Source: Candidatus Dojkabacteria bacterium (GTDB taxonomy: Bacteria; Patescibacteriota; Dojkabacteria; GCA-002793355). Taken from it: DNA of 64,000 bases. Both the position numbers and the translations under genes were made by a program. Shown here one piece after another: positions 58,579-64,000 of the stretch (position 1 is the stretch's first letter; the number at the start of each line of letters is the position of its first letter). The stretch spans positions 212,345 to 276,344 of the forward strand of contig CP129470.1 in assembly GCA_030583685.1 (NCBI GenBank), read 5' to 3'. Under the pieces are notes generated by a model. That model had not been told where the DNA came from. It was given only the letters and a program-made list of their open reading frames with translations, and ran no database searches.

Positions 58579-59704
58579 AAAGTCGTGCAGGAATAGCAAC
58601 AAGTAACGCACCCACAGATGAAGCAATAAATACGCCTGGAACGCCAGCGAACGCAGCAATATATCCCAGCAGAGGTCTGTTCCCTGACGTCAGAATGCGC
58701 CCGACAATCTGCAGTTGCGCAATTCCAATATCAAGATCATCCTCATCTTTCATGCCTTCGGCAACCATTGCTTTTACAACGGGAGAAGTGCCTCGAGTCG
58801 CTGCGCCAGCAAGAAGTAATAATACAGAAATAACCCATACATCGGTAACTAACAACAACCCCAAGAGGGAAAGAACCATTACGATTTCGCCAATAATCAG
58901 TGCCTCTCCTAGCCCCCTTTTTTTCGACAACTTTCCTAATAAAACTCTTCCTCCTGCGTAACCCACAAAAAGCAACAAGGATAGTTGCCCTGCCATGAGA
59001 TCCGAAAACCCTTTCTCTGATAACAAAAGGGGAAGGAATAAATATAACGAGGCAGAAGAAAAGGAATCAAGAAGCTGAGCGACACCTGCATAAGAATATT
59101 TTTTGTTTTTGAAAAGTGACGCATCGAAAAATTTGATTTTTATGTGTTTACTGATTGTTGCCCGTAACGAGTCATAGGAGGAAAGCGCTTGTGCTTGAAA
59201 TACCGCGACAACCATTGAAAATATCCCAGCGATTATTGCAACCTGTTGAACCCCAATCGTCGCTAATCCTGCGACCACGACACTCGATGCAAGCAATCTT
59301 CCAATATCTCCCATCACTCCATTCATCGCCATTGCTCCTGCTCTATCCCCACGTTTCGTCATTTTTGCCATAGTTACCGTTCCCGTTGCTTCCTCTAATC
59401 CTGAGGCAAAGCCTGCGAGCAAATAGGTAACTCCGAAAAGGAGTGTAGAATTGCTGAAGGCAAGAAGAAACCACGATAACGAATTTAAAACCAGCGAAAA
59501 AATCAAGGAAAAATATCTTCCATACCGCTGTGCAACCAGTGCGCTCGCAGCACCTCCGACAACCTGCATCGACGCGAATAACGCGCTAAAGATACCCACA
59601 TGCCAAACCGTCAAGTGCCCTTGCAACACTATCATGGGAAGAACCAAGAGAATGCTAATTTCCCATGCTTTCGAAATAATTTTTTGAAATAATATGGCTT
59701 TCAT
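58562..59704 (-). CDS. MFS-type transporter (12 TM)
   Basis: Hydropathy, size, Gly-rich helices. Confidence 0.6.
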   Translation of the reverse strand: MKAILFQKIISKAWEISILLVLPMIVLQGHLTVWHVGIFSALFASMQVVGGAASALVAQRYGRYFSLIFSLVLNSLSWFLLAFSNSTLLFGVTYLLAGFASGLEEATGTVTMAKMTKRGDRAGAMAMNGVMGDIGRLLASSVVVAGLATIGVQQVAIIAGIFSMVVAVFQAQALSSYDSLRATISKHIKIKFFDASLFKNKKYSYAGVAQLLDSFSSASLYLFLPLLLSEKGFSDLMAGQLSLLLFVGYAGGRVLLGKLSKKRGLGEALIIGEIVMVLSLLGLLLVTDVWVISVLLLLAGAATRGTSPVVKAMVAEGMKDEDDLDIGIAQLQIVGRILTSGNRPLLGYIAAFAGVPGVFIASSVGALLVAIPARLYEKTT

Positions 59705-59908
59705 TTTCTCATAATGCTATAATTCCCTCATGCAACAGAGATATTGTATCATCTCAACTCTCTTCACTACCCCTCGGGGTTAGTTTTTTACATCGTTGCA
59801 TACATTTTCACACAAAATTGCAAGGGGGTACTCATATCCCTTACGAGAAAGGCAAAAATATGAGATGATTGCTGTAACAACAGCAGAACTAATCTTGATT
59901 ACGAAACA

Positions 59909-61690
59909 ATGAAAAAAGAAAAATTCGAAGAATCACAACATTACAAACTCTTCCACACAGCAGAACATGTCTTTGCACAAGCGATCTCTGAACTTTATCC
60001 TGGGAACATTCAACTTGCCGTTGCCCACCTTGACGAAGACGGCTTTTCCAATGATGCTAAATGGTCGCACGCGATAACCATTGAAGAATTGCCAAAAATC
60101 GAGAAAAAGATGCAGGAAATCATCAAAAAGGACTTGCCTATTCGTAAAGAAGTGGTGAGTTACGAACAAGCAAAAGAATTATTCAAAAACAACTCTTTCA
60201 AATTAGAGTGGCTTGAAGAAATTGCCGCAGCGGATAAAGAAATTTCTCTTTACTGGACGGGTGACGAATATGTTGACCTGTGTAAAGGACCTCACGTTGC
60301 AAGTACAGGGAAAATCAAAGCATTCAAACTTCTTTCAATTGCAGGTGCCTACTGGCGCGCAGACGAAAAGAACGATATGTTAACTCGCGTGTATGGTATT
60401 GCTTTCGAATCTCAGCAAGAATTAGAAGACTACTTACAGCGACTTGAGGAAGCAAAACTTCGTGATCATAGAAAAATTGGAAAGGACTTAGACCTTTTTG
60501 TATTTTCTGAAACAGTGGGGAAAGGTCTGCCTTTATGGACGCCGCGCGGAGCGACGATTCGCCGAGAAATTGAGCGATACATTGTTGATGAAGAAATAAG
60601 ACGAGGGTATCTGCACGTCAACACTCCAGATATTGCACGCATTCAACTCTACGAAAAGTCTGGGCATTATCCCTACTATAAAGAAAGTATGTATGCACCA
60701 ATTCAAGACGAAGACGAGCAATTCATGCTTCGTCCGATGACGTGTCCCCATCACTTTGAGTTATACCTCAGTAAACAACGCAGTTATCGAGAACTTCCAA
60801 TGCGAATTGCGGAACTCGCACAGTTATATCGGTATGAGAAATCAGGCGAACTCTCTGGACTTCTCCGAGTTCGAACCTTCTGTCTTGCAGATGCTCACAT
60901 AGTGGCGAAACCGGACCAAGCAAAAGCAATGATTGCGGAGGTTCTTGACCTCATCGAAGATATTGCGCAAACATTAGGACTAAAAACTGGAGAAAATTAT
61001 CTCTTCAGACTCTCCCTCGGGGACAGAAATGATACGAAGAAGTACTTCAAAGATGATGCTTCATGGGAATTTGCAGAAAATGTACTCCGAGAAGTCTTGA
61101 TTGAAAGGAAGGCGAACTACTACGAAGCAGAAAATGAAGCAGCTTTTTATGGTCCCAAAATTGATGTGCAGATGAAAAACGTACTTGGCAAGGAAGATAC
61201 TGCCTTTACGGTCCAGTACGATTTCGTTATGCCGAAACGTTTCAAAATGGCATACATTGCAGAAGATGGACAGGAAAAAGAACCAATCGTCATTCATCGA
61301 TCTTCAATTGGTGCAATTGAGCGATCAATCGGATTCTTGATTGAACATTACGCAGGATCATTCCCTGTTTGGCTACATCCAGAGCAAGTCGTTATTATTC
61401 CAATCGGCGAAGAGCAAAAAGAGTACGCACGTGAAATTGCTGAAAAAATGAAAGCTGCGATTCCGGGTATCCGATTGTCCGTAGACGAAGACAATAACAC
61501 GCTCGGAAAGCGAATTCGCAACGCACAACAACAAAAAGTTCCGTACATGCTTATTCTCGGTAAAAATGAGGTAGCCAACAATACGGTCAGTATGCGCCTA
61601 AGAAACGGAGAAAACAGCAATGACCAAACGTTGGAGCACGTTATTGAGCGAATCTCTGAAAAAATACGGGAGAAATCATTAGAGTTGTAG
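59909..61690 (+). CDS. thrS: threonyl-tRNA synthetase lacking the N-terminal TGS domain
   Basis: N2 editing-domain HTAEH motif at residues about 16-20; class II catalytic core; C-terminal anticodon-binding domain; 593 aa. Confidence 0.88.
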   Translation: MKKEKFEESQHYKLFHTAEHVFAQAISELYPGNIQLAVAHLDEDGFSNDAKWSHAITIEELPKIEKKMQEIIKKDLPIRKEVVSYEQAKELFKNNSFKLEWLEEIAAADKEISLYWTGDEYVDLCKGPHVASTGKIKAFKLLSIAGAYWRADEKNDMLTRVYGIAFESQQELEDYLQRLEEAKLRDHRKIGKDLDLFVFSETVGKGLPLWTPRGATIRREIERYIVDEEIRRGYLHVNTPDIARIQLYEKSGHYPYYKESMYAPIQDEDEQFMLRPMTCPHHFELYLSKQRSYRELPMRIAELAQLYRYEKSGELSGLLRVRTFCLADAHIVAKPDQAKAMIAEVLDLIEDIAQTLGLKTGENYLFRLSLGDRNDTKKYFKDDASWEFAENVLREVLIERKANYYEAENEAAFYGPKIDVQMKNVLGKEDTAFTVQYDFVMPKRFKMAYIAEDGQEKEPIVIHRSSIGAIERSIGFLIEHYAGSFPVWLHPEQVVIIPIGEEQKEYAREIAEKMKAAIPGIRLSVDEDNNTLGKRIRNAQQQKVPYMLILGKNEVANNTVSMRLRNGENSNDQTLEHVIERISEKIREKSLEL

Positions 61691-61693
61691 TAT

Positions 61694-62182
61694 ATGAGCA
61701 AGGTTGTCAAGAATGAGATAATCCTGACTCGTTTTCAACGGCAGTATATTCCCGACCTACTCGCACTTGGAAATGAATATGACCACTTCTACAAAAATCT
61801 CGATCCGGAGTATCAAGACACTGAAATATACCTGACTGATAAAGAATGGATAGAAGAATTGTTAACCAATCCAAACAGAACTACCTATCTTGCGTACCAA
61901 AAAGGTAACTCTCGACTGTCTGGTTTTATCAGCTACTTTGTGATTACAGAGCTCAAAGCAGTATTTATTGAAGATTTATTCGTTTCACAAAACATCAGGA
62001 AAAAAGGTTTTGGACAAGCTCTCCTCCAGAAAGCAAAAGATTACGCTTCCAGCAAGCACTTTTCCGTTCTTTTTTATGTCACTCACGGGAACAACAATGC
62101 ACTCGAATTCTATCAAAAACAAGGATTCTCAAGAGATAAGAATGTCTGGATGACTAACAAGTACGCTATAATGAATACGTAA
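61694..62182 (+). CDS. GNAT-family N-acetyltransferase
   Basis: IRKKGFGQALLQKAKDYA…ALEFYQKQGF (motif A). Confidence 0.7.
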   Translation: MSKVVKNEIILTRFQRQYIPDLLALGNEYDHFYKNLDPEYQDTEIYLTDKEWIEELLTNPNRTTYLAYQKGNSRLSGFISYFVITELKAVFIEDLFVSQNIRKKGFGQALLQKAKDYASSKHFSVLFYVTHGNNNALEFYQKQGFSRDKNVWMTNKYAIMNT

Positions 62183-62185
62183 CAT

Positions 62186-62935
62186 ATGAAAACTGCACTC
62201 ATAACCGGAACCAGTTCAGGCATTGGAGAAGCCTTTGCAAAAACGCTACTCGATCTTGGTTGGTATGTCATTGGTATCTCTCGTCGACAGAATATCGAAC
62301 TTGAACAACATTCGAACTTTACGCAAATTACCATGGATCTTTCAAAACCTGTCGATCAGTTGTTCCTTCAGAAACACCTTGGGACACGTACGGTAAACCT
62401 TTTAGTTAACAACGCGGGTACACTCAAATTAACTCAGTCAGCTGAATGGGACGAGGATAACTACACACGAAGCATATCTGTTCACTATCGTGCGCCATTA
62501 CAACTTCTCGCGTTGTTGCGAAAAAATCTTTCGGGAGGTATGGTATTGTCTGTACTTTCAACGGCATCACATATTGGATGGGACAATTATGCGTACTACG
62601 GGGCATCGAAAGCAGCACTCTGGCTTCATATGAAATCATTCGCAGTGGGAAATCCTGATATTACCTGTATTTCATTACATCCAAGCATGGTTGACACCCC
62701 GATTACTGAAATTGATTCGTGGAAACCTGCAGAACGGAAAGAGTTTATGACTACAACGGAGATGAGTCGTATACTGACGCAACTCGTTACAGGTGTACTC
62801 TCCCTTCCCTCTGGATCTTCTCTCTTCATTGCCAATGAATGGGAACGAAGCGATCTCGCTCTATTTGGTGAAAAGACATATTTCTACAACACAGATACTG
62901 ATGAGTTAAAGCAACTTCCAAACCATGCTCTTTAA
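62186..62935 (+). CDS. short-chain dehydrogenase/reductase (SDR)
   Basis: TGTSSGIGEA; YGASKAAL (YxxxK). Confidence 0.8.
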   Translation: MKTALITGTSSGIGEAFAKTLLDLGWYVIGISRRQNIELEQHSNFTQITMDLSKPVDQLFLQKHLGTRTVNLLVNNAGTLKLTQSAEWDEDNYTRSISVHYRAPLQLLALLRKNLSGGMVLSVLSTASHIGWDNYAYYGASKAALWLHMKSFAVGNPDITCISLHPSMVDTPITEIDSWKPAERKEFMTTTEMSRILTQLVTGVLSLPSGSSLFIANEWERSDLALFGEKTYFYNTDTDELKQLPNHAL

Positions 62936-63545
62936 ATTATTCTTCCAACTTCTCAAAAACATTCGCTGGCTGATTGGAATTGTCATACTCGTCTTGTTTA
63001 TTTCTCTTGCAGCGACCAAATACTCCACATTGAAAGAAACTCCCCTCGGACAGTACCTTCCAGACATTTCCCTGACCGATTGGACTCACTTGTTGCCACA
63101 AAAAAACGATACAGCTACTGACTCTTCACACCTCCCCGACACAATTTCACTCACTATCACAAAATCCTCAGGGCAAACCATTTCTTTCACCACCGAAGTC
63201 GCACAAACCGAAGAACAGAGAACGCTTGGCTTGATGCACCGCTCCTCGCTCCCTACGTATGGAGGAATGTTTTTTGTTTTCCCTGCCGATAGTATGTCTG
63301 GGTTTTGGATGAAAAATTGCGAAATTTCACTTGATATGCTTTTTATTGATGAACAGATGAAAATTGTAGATATTGTTCACCGAGCGCAACCTTGCTCTGA
63401 AATTGACCCAAAACAGGAGCAGTGCCCGATATACAACTCACGATACCCGTATCGCTACGTTCTTGAAATAAAGGGAGGAACAGCAGAACGTAATGAGATT
63501 ACACTTGGGAATAATGTTTCTATCGATGAACCACCACAAAAGTAG
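62925..63545 (+). CDS. DUF192 (COG1430) domain protein with N-terminal TM
   Basis: RTLGLMHRSSLP…GMFFVF…ISLDMLFIDEQMKIVDI. Confidence 0.6.
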   Translation: MLFKLFFQLLKNIRWLIGIVILVLFISLAATKYSTLKETPLGQYLPDISLTDWTHLLPQKNDTATDSSHLPDTISLTITKSSGQTISFTTEVAQTEEQRTLGLMHRSSLPTYGGMFFVFPADSMSGFWMKNCEISLDMLFIDEQMKIVDIVHRAQPCSEIDPKQEQCPIYNSRYPYRYVLEIKGGTAERNEITLGNNVSIDEPPQK

Positions 63546-63993
63546 TATCAGACGTATTTTTTTCTAGATACTGAAAATCACTACTGTTGACTAATTTTGA
63601 GAGATCAACTGTTTTTCGAGTATAAATCCCTTCTGATGGCAATCGGGCTCCACGTTCCAAATTCAGCGTTTGATAGACTCCGTCGTTCCAGAAGTATACC
63701 TTTTCTTTACTTGCATCGATCTCAACATATTGCTGGGTAAATTGTGTTCCCGCCATGCTTGGCATTTCATCTGAAACAACTAATTGTATTGAACCAATAT
63801 TTTTGCGTGTTTGTTCTGCTTCGCCGGTAAGTTGACAATAAGGAACTGCCGTAGCAACAGTCGTTTTTAGTTGTTCGGCTAGATTTTCGTAATTAACTCG
63901 CCAATCATGCTTGAGTACTTGGGCAACTGCACCCGAACCCGTAACAAGAATATACTCCTCAACTCCTAATGGCTGCTGACGAAAATACGCCAT
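63520..63993 (-). CDS. hypothetical protein (157 aa, Rossmann-like ILVTGSGAVAQ at N-terminus); true start may lie beyond the window
   Basis: ORF; ATG only 7 nt from the window end. Confidence 0.35.
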   Translation of the reverse strand: MAYFRQQPLGVEEYILVTGSGAVAQVLKHDWRVNYENLAEQLKTTVATAVPYCQLTGEAEQTRKNIGSIQLVVSDEMPSMAGTQFTQQYVEIDASKEKVYFWNDGVYQTLNLERGARLPSEGIYTRKTVDLSKLVNSSDFQYLEKNTSDTTFVVVHR

Positions 63994-64000
63994 TGCGCAC

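Noticed and set aside
59780-59800. CCCCTCGGGG + T-run upstream of thrS as a terminator or T-box
   Set aside because: The stem is only 4-5 bp with a 2-nt loop. No T-box specifier or antiterminator sequence was found.
1-64000. CRISPR arrays or other multi-copy direct repeats
   Set aside because: No regularly spaced 25-40 bp repeats were seen anywhere in the window.

Overview
Chromosomal segment (about 40% GC) from a small-genome bacterium with a Gram-positive-type envelope; a CPR/Patescibacteria-like organism is an inference from gene content and gene packing only. Housekeeping genes are interspersed with cell-envelope accessory blocks. Recognisable genes: lysS, efp, epmA, FKBP, gyrA, xerC/D-like recombinase, ruvB, ruvA, rluD-like, tRNA-Leu(CAA), two D-2-hydroxyacid-dehydrogenase paralogs, dnaB, CsoR-like, mnmA, umuD/dinB-like pair, MFS, thrS, GNAT, SDR, DUF192. 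Accessory content: (i) a sortase operon with two tandem Cys-rich surface proteins and a 75-aa mini-substrate, all sharing a non-LPXTG C-terminal sorting domain (H-x-P-x-D-T-G + TM + basic tail); (ii) two glycosylation clusters (GT2/GT4/GT-C including a YfhO-like 962-aa protein); (iii) a GC-rich, SD-bearing, probably foreign secreted-repeat gene; (iv) three large orphan proteins, one with HExxH; (v) a membrane-anchored HtrA-like protease; (vi) a receiver, CapK-like adenylating enzyme and histidine kinase trio; (vii) a wHTH fused to a catalytically dead 2-hydroxyacid dehydrogenase domain. Several promoters place TATAAT 5-6 nt before ATG, which implies leaderless mRNAs. No CRISPR array or rRNA was seen.
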